Positions 38,382 to 48,282 of a stretch of 64,000 bases of DNA are shown in pieces. The translations under genes and the position numbers were made by a program. Below the pieces are notes generated by a model that was given only the letters and a program-made list of their open reading frames with translations, searched no databases and was not told the origin of the DNA. Origin of the DNA: an uncultured Desulfospira sp. (GTDB taxonomy: Bacteria > Desulfobacterota > Desulfobacteria > Desulfobacterales > Desulfobacteraceae); assembly GCA_963663165.1 (NCBI GenBank), contig OY760175.1, positions 384,001 through 448,000 of the forward strand. Direction: 5' to 3'. The stretch's first letter is position 1. Each line of letters opens with the position of its first letter.

Positions 38382-39203
38382 CTAAAATCCAAACAAATCA
38401 TCCCGCCGGTTGGGCAGAAAATACCGCATGCGGTGGGACCGTACGTGCTTCAGTGCACGGGGGTCAAGGTCTGTGATGTGAAGGTGTTCCCGGTCGTCCA
38501 GGGATCGGGACACCGGGGTGCCGTCCGGGTTCAGGACCAGGGCAAGCCCGGGGAAACTCAAGCCGGCCCCATTGTCGCCGGTCTGGTTTACGGCGGCCAC
38601 AAACAGGCCGTTGTCAAAGGCCCGGGCGCTGAGATGGCGCATCCAGGATAGAAATTTTTCTCTGGAGTTTCCCCTGGGGGAGGCGTGGGGAAAGAACAGG
38701 GCATCGGCCTGCTTTAAGGCCATGGCCGTGGACAGTTCCGGGAAATGGGCGTCGTAGCACAGCTGAATACCGAATTTAAATTGGGGTAAGGAAAATACCT
38801 TGATGCTGTTCCCGGGGGAAAAAAAAGGCTTTTCGTTGGGGGCGGTATGCAGCTTTCTGTAATATGCCACCGGCTGGTCCGGCTGGAATACCAGGTGGGT
38901 CACGCAGATCCTGTCCGGGGCCTTATCGGACAACACCTGTTCGGCCATGCCCGTAAGAATGGTCATTCCGGTCTGGCGGGACTGGTCGCTGAAGGTTTGG
39001 ATCAGGTCCTGGTCCAGAGGGCGGGCGATTTTTTTGACGGTTTTCCCGGCCGTGTAGCCGGTCAGGTTCATTTCCGGAAAGACAATGATGTCGGCCTTGT
39101 CCGAGGCTGCCTTGGACACAAAATCAAGGGTTGATTCAAGGTTTTTGTCAAATTGGCCGGCCATGCAGTTCTGCACGGCCAGGGCAAGGCGCACAGGCTT
39201 CAT
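38382..39203 (-). CDS. Nitrilase-family carbon-nitrogen hydrolase
   Basis: FPEM, YRKLH and LCYDAHFPE catalytic triad motifs. Confidence 0.9.
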   Translation of the reverse strand: MKPVRLALAVQNCMAGQFDKNLESTLDFVSKAASDKADIIVFPEMNLTGYTAGKTVKKIARPLDQDLIQTFSDQSRQTGMTILTGMAEQVLSDKAPDRICVTHLVFQPDQPVAYYRKLHTAPNEKPFFSPGNSIKVFSLPQFKFGIQLCYDAHFPELSTAMALKQADALFFPHASPRGNSREKFLSWMRHLSARAFDNGLFVAAVNQTGDNGAGLSFPGLALVLNPDGTPVSRSLDDREHLHITDLDPRALKHVRSHRMRYFLPNRRDDLFGF

Positions 39204-39682
39204 AATTTAAAGTTGGCCGAAATCTTAAATACCCGGGTGGCCGGGAGATTGAGGATTTCAACCCCGCCGGTTTTTTGAGAAATTTCGTTGAGGCTGTCCT
39301 GGATAGTCTGTCTTGAAGGGGAAATAAAGGTAAACCAGATGTTAAAGGTATGGTCACGCCGGTAGTTATGGGTTACCCCGGAATAGCTGTTGACCACCCG
39401 GGTGAACTCGTCGATCTTGTCTTCAGGGACTTTTGCCGCGCACAGGGTGGAAAAATACCCGAGCCGGTCCGGGCTGAAATTGCCGCCAATCCGCCGGATG
39501 ATCATGGCCTCTTTCATGGCCTTGACCCGGAAGATCAGTTCATCTTCCCCCAGGCCGAGCCGCTCGGCAATCACCTTGTACGGCCTTGGGTCAATGGGAA
39601 AATCCGTCTGAATCATGTTGAGGATGTTCCGGTCAATCTCATCTAAAGGGGGAGATTCCGCTGTGGTCGTGTCCTGAGACAT
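39200..39682 (-). CDS. ahbA: Siroheme decarboxylase subunit alpha (AsnC/Lrp-like)
   Basis: IQTDFPIDPRPY, IRRIG, STLCA, VTHNYRR, NIWFT. Confidence 0.85.
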   Translation of the reverse strand: MSQDTTTAESPPLDEIDRNILNMIQTDFPIDPRPYKVIAERLGLGEDELIFRVKAMKEAMIIRRIGGNFSPDRLGYFSTLCAAKVPEDKIDEFTRVVNSYSGVTHNYRRDHTFNIWFTFISPSRQTIQDSLNEISQKTGGVEILNLPATRVFKISANFKL

Positions 39683-39772
39683 GGGGTAGTTTCCTGAAGT
39701 GATAGGCGTTTAGGCTGAAGGGGATTAGACTGAAGGGGGGGCTGCCTAAAAGCATTCAGCCTATTCACCTTC

Positions 39773-39805
39773 AAAAAAAAAGGGCCCTGTTGATCAACAG
39801 AGCCC
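39773..39805 (-). terminator. Rho-independent terminator after dsrC
   Basis: GGGCTCTGTTGATCAACAGGGCCC followed by a T run on the minus strand. Confidence 0.75.
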
Positions 39806-39833
39806 CTAACCAATCGTGAAAAGTCTTATTTAA

Positions 39834-40151
39834 CTATACACATCCGGTCGGTTTGGGCAGGCCAGCCATTTTACAGGCTCCTTTACCCGGTCCAGAGGGG
39901 AACAATTCATAGATGTGTTTCAGTTTGAACTTGGTCAGCTTGGACAGAACACGTACCATGGGGGCGATGCCGTTTTTCTCGTAGTAGTCCTGGAGAACTT
40001 TAACAACCTGCCAGTGTTCTTCGGTCATCTCGTCGATACCTTCCTGAGTTTTGACGTATTCTACCCATTCTTCAGAATAGAGATTGTAGTCGAGAAGGAA
40101 ACCATCTTCATCAATTTCAAAATTCTTCCCGTTAAACTCGATTGTTGCCAT
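39834..40151 (-). CDS. dsrC: DsrC sulfur-carrier protein
   Basis: DEDGFL, LFPSGPGKGACKMAGLPKPTGCV with both conserved C-terminal Cys. Confidence 0.95.
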   Translation of the reverse strand: MATIEFNGKNFEIDEDGFLLDYNLYSEEWVEYVKTQEGIDEMTEEHWQVVKVLQDYYEKNGIAPMVRVLSKLTKFKLKHIYELFPSGPGKGACKMAGLPKPTGCV

Positions 40152-40329
40152 TTAAAAATTCCTCCTTAAATAAGTTTTGATACTTCCATTATACATAAGA
40201 CATGACTGTCTTGCATTCCGCATTCCCAATGATAATTGAGAACTTACCATATCCCAGCAACCTAATCTTGTCAATAAAGAATCAAGGTTCTATGTTAATT
40301 TATATCTTTAAGATTAAATGCCTTTAAAT

Positions 40330-41175
40330 CTAATATTCTTTGGGGGTCAAGTTGATCTGCTCCAGGGTAAAAACAGGGCCGTCCTTGCAGACCAGTTCCT
40401 TGCCGATATTACACCGCCCGCACATGCCGATGCCGCATTTCATCCGGTTTTCCAGGGACATGATGATCTGGCCCGGGCCGTATCCTAAGGCCGTCAGTGC
40501 CGGCTGGGTAAACTTGATCATGATGGGCGGGCCGCAGACAATGGCGTAGGTGTCTTTATCGGCCTTAGGGGCGTTCTGCTCCACTACCTGGGGAACAAAC
40601 CCCACATGGTATTTCCAGTCAGGGTCATCGGTGCCGTCAACGGTGATGTGCATGTTGATGTCATCGCGCTTTTCCCATTCATACAATTCTTCCCTGTAAA
40701 GCAGCATGCCCGGAGACCTTGCCCCGTACACCACGTCAATATTTTTAAACCTGGGCCGGTTGGCCGGATCCAGCATATAGACAATGGAAGAGCGCAGGGT
40801 GGTAAAGGCAAACCCGCCGCCGATAATGACCACATTCTTGTTTTCAAGGGTCTCCCAGGGGTACCAGTTGCCTAAGGGGCCTCTGATGCCCATGATATCC
40901 CCTACCTTCATGTTGTGCAGGTGGGAGGTGACCACGCCGGTGCGGAATACGGTAAATTTGACAAAGCCCTTTTCCACCGGGGAAGAGGCAATGCCGATGG
41001 GGATTTCACCCACCCCCGGAATGGACAGTTCAGCAAACTGCCCGGCCTTGTAAGCAAATTTTTCTTCATCTTCAGGGTTTAAGAAGACAAATTTAAATGT
41101 TTTAAGGGATTTGTCTTCGGTTGCCACCGCTATGTCATCAATGCGAACCGGGTAGGGCAGATAGGGATTTTCCAT
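40330..41175 (-). CDS. flxA: FlxA NAD(H)/FAD/2Fe-2S subunit
   Basis: GQFAELS, GIRGPLGN, CGPPIM, MKCGIGMCGRC...CKDGPVF. Confidence 0.85.
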   Translation of the reverse strand: MENPYLPYPVRIDDIAVATEDKSLKTFKFVFLNPEDEEKFAYKAGQFAELSIPGVGEIPIGIASSPVEKGFVKFTVFRTGVVTSHLHNMKVGDIMGIRGPLGNWYPWETLENKNVVIIGGGFAFTTLRSSIVYMLDPANRPRFKNIDVVYGARSPGMLLYREELYEWEKRDDINMHITVDGTDDPDWKYHVGFVPQVVEQNAPKADKDTYAIVCGPPIMIKFTQPALTALGYGPGQIIMSLENRMKCGIGMCGRCNIGKELVCKDGPVFTLEQINLTPKEY

Positions 41176-41195
41176 GGTGTTTCCTCCTTTGTTCG

Positions 41196-42248
41196 CTAGT
41201 CTTTTTTCTCGTATGCATTCATGGTTTCACAGATTTCACGGATGTCGATGTTTACCGGACAGCTTTTAACACACCGGCCGCAGCCCACACACATGATGCC
41301 CGCATCATACTTGTCCAGAAAGTATTTAAGCTTGTGCATGAACCGCTGGCGGACGCGCTGAACCTTTTCCCCCCTCGGGTTATGGCCTGAGGCGTGGTTG
41401 GTGAACAAGGGTGACATGCAGGTGTCCCAATTTCTGAACCGTCGGGTTTCCTTTAGCTTGGTCTCGTCCTGGATGTCAAAGCACCAGCAGGTGGGGCAGA
41501 CAAAGGTGCAGGTGCCGCAGTTGATGCAGGAAAAGGCCACATCGTCCCAGAACGGGGCCTCGTGAAGGTCCAGGATGGTCTGGTCCTTTAACCGGTCCGT
41601 GGCAACGGTGGATGAAATGGACTTTTCCGCCTCTTTTCTGAGGATGTCAAACAGGGCGGAGGATTCCTTTTCATCGGCTGTGGTGTCAAATCCGCAGGCG
41701 GCGGCATAGGCCTCGCCTTTGGGGGTCAGGAGTTTGGCAACATAATGGTCGTCCATGTCGGCCAGGAGGATATCCAGCCCCTCCTCGGCAAAGGGGCCGG
41801 TTCCGGCAGACAGGGAAAAGTCAAAGGGGCCGGGCTTGTTGATGGCAAGCCCCACAAAGGTGGTGGCCTCATAGGCGTCACACCAGTAAGGGTCCCGGTA
41901 ATCCTCAGTATCAAAGTTGAGCTTCACCAGTTGAACCGCCTTGGCATCATAGGGCCTGATGCCCAAAACCGCCCGGGGTGAATAATCGGTGCCGGCCCGT
42001 TTCATGATGTGGTGGTCTTCTTTGGATTCATCCAGGGTGGCGGTCAGAAGGGTTTCTGACTGGGGAAACAGAACACACTTGGGGGACATGACCGTGTCTG
42101 GAGCGTCCATCTCCGGCTGCACATCAGGCCCAAGTTCCCTGAACAAACAGCCGTTTTTATCTGTAACCGGGCCAAAGAGCCGGTAGGTCTGTCTGGATTT
42201 ATCAATGCCCCGGGCCCAGTCTTTTTTATCAATGCTTATGAAGTTCAT
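41196..42248 (-). CDS. flxB: FlxB 4Fe-4S subunit (AsrA-like)
   Basis: CINCGTCTFVCPTCWCF, RQRFMHK, CVGCGRCVKSCP. Confidence 0.8.
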   Translation of the reverse strand: MNFISIDKKDWARGIDKSRQTYRLFGPVTDKNGCLFRELGPDVQPEMDAPDTVMSPKCVLFPQSETLLTATLDESKEDHHIMKRAGTDYSPRAVLGIRPYDAKAVQLVKLNFDTEDYRDPYWCDAYEATTFVGLAINKPGPFDFSLSAGTGPFAEEGLDILLADMDDHYVAKLLTPKGEAYAAACGFDTTADEKESSALFDILRKEAEKSISSTVATDRLKDQTILDLHEAPFWDDVAFSCINCGTCTFVCPTCWCFDIQDETKLKETRRFRNWDTCMSPLFTNHASGHNPRGEKVQRVRQRFMHKLKYFLDKYDAGIMCVGCGRCVKSCPVNIDIREICETMNAYEKKD

Positions 42249-42386
42249 GAGAGTCCTTTTCTATGAGCAGTTAGCTGTTAGCAATTAGCAGTTAGCTGTT
42301 AGCTATGAGCTGTTAGCTGTTAGCAATTGGCTGTTAGTCCTTAAGCTAAAAGCTAAAGGCTAAAAGCTAATAGCTAAAATCCTAAT

Positions 42387-43334
42387 TTATTTGATAAAGT
42401 CGTTTGGATCCTTTGGACTGAATGTATCTAAAGGCGGCCGTTTTTCAAGGTTCAGCCCCGCTTCCCATCCAAACAGCTCAAAGGCGTCCTTGTTGAGCTT
42501 CCGGGTAAAGTCGCGGACATTGATGCCCATGGGACAGGCTTCCACACAGGCCCCGCAGTCCGTACACCTTCCGGCGCAGTGAAACGCCCTTAATGCATGA
42601 AAGGTCTGGACATCGGTTTTGTCCTGGCCCTTGCCCACCCACTGGGGGCCGGCCTCATCCACAAAACAGGTGGGGCAGTAACACAGGGGACAGGCGTTCC
42701 GGCAGGCGTAACACCGGATACAGTTGGCGGTCAGTTCCTGAAAATGGGCCCATTTTTGTTCCGTGTCCATGGCCTCAATTTCATCCACATCGGGAAACGG
42801 ATTATCCAGTTTGGGCTCGGCCACCGGATCTAGTGCCATGACATCGAACAGCACCGGGTTGGGATGGGTGCAGGTCCGGCAATTGTCCTTTAAGACGTCG
42901 GCCTTTTTGATGGTTTGGGTATCTGAGGCTAAGGTAACGGTAAGGCTGTCCCCCTCTTCTTTGATATCAATGATGTCCGTATCAAACCGGGCGGCGAGTT
43001 TTCGTTTATCCACCATGCCGGTGCAGGGCACCCCGATGATATAGATCTGGTCTCTTTGGACCTGGTTTTCCACAATATGGGTGACAATATTCCGGCTGTC
43101 GCACCCCTTGGCAATCACGGCTGTTTTTCCCTTCTGCCGCCGGACATAGTTGGCCAGATTCAGGCCGCAAAAAGAGGAAAAGCAAAGGTTCTTGGTGGTT
43201 TCTTTATCTTTAATGACCGTGGGACGGAAGGCCATGGGGATGGTCCCGGCAGTAAAGCCGACTACCTGATCCACATCACCCTTATCCAGCAGGTCAAACG
43301 CAAGCTGTCTGATTTTATCTGTGCACGTATTCAT
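42387..43334 (-). CDS. flxC: FlxC 4Fe-4S subunit
   Basis: KGCDSR, CIRCYACRNACPLCYCPTC, RCTDCGACVEACP. Confidence 0.8.
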   Translation of the reverse strand: MNTCTDKIRQLAFDLLDKGDVDQVVGFTAGTIPMAFRPTVIKDKETTKNLCFSSFCGLNLANYVRRQKGKTAVIAKGCDSRNIVTHIVENQVQRDQIYIIGVPCTGMVDKRKLAARFDTDIIDIKEEGDSLTVTLASDTQTIKKADVLKDNCRTCTHPNPVLFDVMALDPVAEPKLDNPFPDVDEIEAMDTEQKWAHFQELTANCIRCYACRNACPLCYCPTCFVDEAGPQWVGKGQDKTDVQTFHALRAFHCAGRCTDCGACVEACPMGINVRDFTRKLNKDAFELFGWEAGLNLEKRPPLDTFSPKDPNDFIK

Positions 43335-43756
43335 CAGCTGTAGTCCTTTACAAATTTGGTGTTGGGTCCCAATGCCCGGACCTTTTCAGTGATTTCCTTG
43401 ACCACGTCCACAAATTTGGTGGCCTCGGCAGAAGAAATCCAGGAAAAATGAACCCGGTCCCGTTCAATGCCCATGTGTTCAAGCAGGTTGCCCATGAGGG
43501 CGAATTTCCGACGTGCATAGTAATTACCGTCCAGGTAATGGCATTCACCGGGATGTCAGCCGGAAACCCAGACCGCGTCGGCGCCTTCTCTTAAGGCGGA
43601 CAAAATAAATTTGGGGCTCATCCGTCCGGTACAGGGAATCCGGATAACCCTGATGTCGGCCGGGTATTCCATCCGGCTTACCCCTGCCAGATCCGCGGCC
43701 CCGTAAGAACACCAATTGCACAGGAAACTAACGATTTTGATATTGTCTGAAGACAT
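43334..43756 (-). CDS. mvhD: MvhD/FlxD 2Fe-2S subunit; selenoprotein (Sec TGA at 43556-43558)
   Basis: [17 protein letters not shown], then VSG-TGA-HPGECHY continues in frame to the stop at 43334; downstream hairpin ATTACC-TGGAC-GGTAAT. Confidence 0.9.
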
Positions 43757-43771
43757 GATTTGTTTTCTCCT

Positions 43772-46700
43772 TTAACCCGCTTCGCCCAAAGCGTAGATTT
43801 GTGAAAAGATCTGGTTGGTATCAAACCCCTTAAGATGAAGGGCACCGGACCGGCATGAGGCCACGCACAGACCGCAGCCCTTGCACAGCACCGGGTTGAC
43901 CTGAGCCTTTCCGGCAAACCGGCCTTCAGCCACAAATCCCGGTGCGGAATAAGGACAGATGGATACGCATACCCCGCATGAAGAGCATTTCATGGGGTCC
44001 ACCGTGGCAATGGTGCCCGAGGTGTACAGGGCCTCCTTTTTGCCCAGCAGGGTCAGGGCCCTGGATGCGGCGGCCCGGCCCTGGGTGGCGGCTTCGTTAA
44101 GGGGCTTGGGATAATGGCCGGAACCCGCCACAAAGACACCGTCCGTGGCAAATTCGGCTGGTCCTAGCTTGGCATGTTTTTCCACAAAAAAGCCTTCATC
44201 GTTCAAGGGGACCTTGAAGAAGTTGGCCAGGGTCTCGTCCCGGTTGGGGACAATGGCGGTGGCAAGGGTTAACAGATCCGCCTCAATGGTGACGGGCAGC
44301 CCAAGGACATGGTCGGTCAGGCTGATGCTGACGCTGTCCTTATTAACGGTGACCTTGGGTTTATGTTCTTTGTCATACCGCATAAAGATGACCCCGAGTT
44401 CCCGGGCCTCTTTGTACAGCAGTTCGCGTTCCCCGTAGGTTCGGATATCCCGGTACAGAATAAAGACGTCCATGGCGGGGTTTCTTTTTTTCAGCTCAAC
44501 GGCCGAGTCAATGGAATGGGTGCAGCAGACCCTGGAGCAGTACGGCCGGTCCGGCTCCCGTGACCCCACGCATTGGATAAACACGGCAGATTCCAGTTTT
44601 TCAATGCCCGGGTCATTTTCAATGAACATCTTGTCCAGATCCAGGGACTTGATGATCCGCGGGTCCTTGCCGTATTCGTATTCATCGGGTTCAAAGGCTC
44701 TGGCCCCCGTGGCCAGAACCCCGACCCCGTGGTCGAGTTCAATGGTTTTCCCTTGGGTTTCCAGGGTGGATTTGAAGTTGCCCACAAATCCGGCCACACC
44801 GGTAAGGCAGGTGTCCGTATGGATGGTGATGTTGTCGTTGGCTTCAATCTCTTTGATCAGGGCCGACAGTTTTTCTTGAACATCTTCTCCCTGGGCGGTC
44901 TTATAAAGGTAACGGGCCTGTCCGCCCAGGACGGATTCTTTTTCCACAATATGGGTCTCATACCCCTGGCAGGCCAGGCTCTTGGCTGTTGTCAGCCCGG
45001 CAAGACCGCCGCCCACCACCATGACCGTGTCATTGACGTTGATCTTTTCCTCTTTAAGGGGTTCGGCCAGGGCCGCTTTGGCCACGGCCATCCGGACCAG
45101 GTCTTTGGCCTTTTCAGTGGCAATATCGGGGTTGTTCCGATGAACCCAGGAATCGTGGTTCCGGATATTGGTCATCTCAAAGAGATACTTGTTCAACCCG
45201 GCGTTTTTAAGGGTTTCCTGAAACAGCGGTTCATGGGTTTTGGGGGTACAGGCCGCCACCACGATCCGGTTGAGGTTCTTTTCTTTGATATACTCAACCA
45301 TTTTATCCTGGGCGTCCTGGGAACAGGCATACATGGGTTCTTCTGCAAATTCCACATAGGGAAGGGTTTTGGCATAATCCCTGACCTCGGAACAGTTGAC
45401 CACGTTTTTGATGTTGGAGCCGCAGTCACAGACAAACACCCCGATCCGGGGCCGTTCCCCGATCACATTGGTCTCGGGGATGGTTTCAACTTCACGGGTT
45501 AAGGTGTTCCGGGCCTCGGCCAGCCCGTCTCCGGCAGCCGAGGCTGCGGCACTGGCATCCAGGACGGATTCAGGGATATCCTTGGGATTGTTGAAGACCC
45601 CTGAGACATAGATGCCGTCCCGGCTGGTGGTCACCGGTTCAAAGGAATCGGTGGTACAGAAACCGCCGGCGGATAAATCAATGTTCAGACGCCGGGCCAG
45701 GTCTTTGGTCTCCTGGGAAATCTCAAGGCCCACAGACAGGACAATCATGTCAAAGGTATCTTCAACCATCTGTCCCATTTCATCGGCATACATGATGGTC
45801 AGGTCATGGGTGTCGGGGTCTTCGGTCACCGTATGGACCCGGGAGCGGATAAAGTTAATTCCGTGCTGTTCCCGGGCGCTTTCATAATATTTTTCAAATT
45901 CCTTGCCCGGGGTTCTCATGTCCATGAAAAAGATGGAACAGTCAAGATCGCTGCCGGCATGTTCCTTGGCGATGATGGCCTCCTTGACCGCATACATACA
46001 GCAGACCGAAGAACAATAGGCATTATCGCATTTGTTCACATCCCTGGACCCGATACATTGGAACCAGGCAATTTTTTTGGGGTCTTTTCGTTGTTTGGCT
46101 AAGGCCTTGTCCGCTTTCTTTTTGGGATTTGACGGCAGTTTGGGGAAGGTCGTGACATGGCCCCGGGTCGGGCCTGAGGCAGACAGTATCCGTTCAAACT
46201 CCATGGACGTGACCACGTTGGGGAAACTGGCATACCGGTAATTGTCAAACCGGGTGGGATCAAAGGCCTTAAAGCCTGGCGACACCACAACCGCCCCCGC
46301 ATCAATGATCAGGGTCTGTTCGGTCTGGGTGTAGTCGATAGCATGGGCCGGACAGATGTTTTCGCAGTTGCCGCATTTGTCCTGGGTCAGTTTCAGACAG
46401 ACATCCGGGTTGATGGCATATTTTAAGGGAACGGCCTGGGGATACTCTACATAGATGGCCGTTCTCGGTGCAAGGTTCGCATTATAATGATCACTCCATC
46501 TTCCCGGGCATCGTTCTGCACAGGCCCCGCAGCCCACACAAAGATCCTCGTTGACGTATCTGGGCTTTTTCAGGATTTCGACCTGAAAATGGCCCTTTTC
46601 TCCTGTGACATCTTTAACTTCTGAAAGGGTTAACAGCTCAATGTTTAAGTGCCGGCCGACCTCGACCAGTGTAGGTGAGATTATTCACATGGCACAGTCA

Positions 46701-46864
46701 TTGGTCGGAAAGGTTTTGTCCAACTGGGCCATAACACCACCGATGGATGGCCCTTTTTCAACCAGGTAGACATAGAATCCGGAATTCGCAAGATCCAGGG
46801 CTGACAACATGCCGGAAATACCACCGCCAATCACCACCACGGACCCGGTTTTTTTATTTCCCAT
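43772..46864 (-). CDS. hdrA: HdrA-like flavin/Fe-S protein (1030 aa); selenoprotein (Sec TGA at 46685-46687)
   Basis: [11 protein letters not shown] motif, [18 protein letters not shown] in frame with ORF 43772-46537; duplicated QCxGSR/YCS modules and a ferredoxin C-terminus. Confidence 0.92.
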
Positions 46865-47267
46865 TAATCACATTCTCCTGTTTCTGTGTTAGATGGAAGT
46901 CTTAATTAACAAGCCGAAAAAACTTCCATTTTTAGTTGTGAACCGAACCCCGGCTGGATAACCAGAGACGGTCCGGTTTCTGCCCTTTCGGGTGTAACCG
47001 TTGCTTAACAAAAAATCCTTTCGCCGAAATAATAATGTAACTTTGAAATGGCTTATTCCTGACCAAAGGGGATTCCTTTCATGATAAACCGTTGTTCGAT
47101 ATTAAAGAATTATGTTATAAGTCACTATTTTAATCAATGTCAACCTCAACCTTCAAGATGTGGGCTGCAAACAAAAAAAGCCGCAAGCAAAAATTGTCGA
47201 ACTTTAAATCACAGATATTAATCCCCTGCCGCATACGGCTGACGACTTTAAGGCCGGAAAATTTTAA

Positions 47268-48188
47268 ATGAAAAAGATCGTCACCATTTGCGGCCCCACC
47301 GGAATCGGGAAAACCGGCTTTGCCATAAAGCTGGCCAAACGGTTTGACGGCCAGATCATCGGTGCGGATTCCATGCAGATCTACAAGTACATGGATATTG
47401 GCACGGCCAAACCCGATGCCCGGGAAATCCGGCAGGTTCCCCACCACATGATTGATTTTCTCGAACCCGATGACGAGTATGATGCCGGGCAGTATGCCCG
47501 CCAGGCATCGGCTGTTATTGATGCGCTGGATGAAAAGGGGACCCTTGCTGTGGTGGCCGGGGGAACCGGGTTATATATCCGGGCCCTGATTTTCGGGTTG
47601 TTCCGGTCGGCACCGGTCTGCGGCCAGACCCTGTCCCGGTTGGCGGATCAAGCCCAGGAAAAAGGGGGACAGTCCCTCCATGACCGGCTTCGGGAATGCG
47701 ATCCCAAGGCAGCCAAACGAATTCACCCCAACGATATCTTTCGCCTGATCCGGGCCCTGGAGGTGTTTGAATCCACAGGCCGCGCCATTTCCACGGAACA
47801 GGAAACCCACGGGTTCAGCAACCCCAAATACGACAGCCTGACCCTGGGGTTGACCATGGACCGGGAAGTGCTTTACGACAGGATCAACCAGCGCGTGGAC
47901 ATCATGATGAACCAGGGCTTGCTCAAGGAAGTTGCAGGCCTGGTGGAAAAAGGGTATTCTCTTGGGCTTAAATCCATGCAGTCCATTGGATACCGCCATA
48001 TGGGCATGTTTTTAAATCAGACCGTGGATTTGGATGAGGCGGTGCGGCTGCTCAAACGGGATACCAGACGGTATGCCAAACGCCAGTTTACCTGGTTTCG
48101 AAAAGAGCCCGGCATTATCTGGTTAAATCCTTCTGAGGTTCAGAGGGCTGAAGCGCTGGTTAAACAGTTTTTGGATGGTAGACATTAG
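47268..48188 (+). CDS. miaA: tRNA dimethylallyltransferase
   Basis: GPTGIGKT, DSMQIYKYMDIGTAKP, GGTGLY, TRRYAKRQFTWF. Confidence 0.96.
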   Translation: MKKIVTICGPTGIGKTGFAIKLAKRFDGQIIGADSMQIYKYMDIGTAKPDAREIRQVPHHMIDFLEPDDEYDAGQYARQASAVIDALDEKGTLAVVAGGTGLYIRALIFGLFRSAPVCGQTLSRLADQAQEKGGQSLHDRLRECDPKAAKRIHPNDIFRLIRALEVFESTGRAISTEQETHGFSNPKYDSLTLGLTMDREVLYDRINQRVDIMMNQGLLKEVAGLVEKGYSLGLKSMQSIGYRHMGMFLNQTVDLDEAVRLLKRDTRRYAKRQFTWFRKEPGIIWLNPSEVQRAEALVKQFLDGRH

Positions 48189-48262
48189 ATATTAGACATT
48201 AGACTTTAGAAAACGAGGCAGCCGGACGATCTAAAGTCCCAAGTCTGTAGTCTAAAGTCTAA
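48183..48262. repeat. TTAGACA/AGTCTAA heptamer palindromic tract
   Basis: Tandem heptamers on both arms of an intergenic hairpin. Confidence 0.6.
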
Positions 48263-48282
48263 AAATTTTAAGAGCATGAGGT

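Noticed and set aside
43348..43548. Separate 66-aa ORF after the MvhD N-terminal half
   Set aside because: Wrong frame; the real protein reads through the Sec TGA
44573..45502. 309-aa ORF on the + strand (likewise 60002-60934 on the minus strand)
   Set aside because: Antisense shadows of hdrA and the kinase genes
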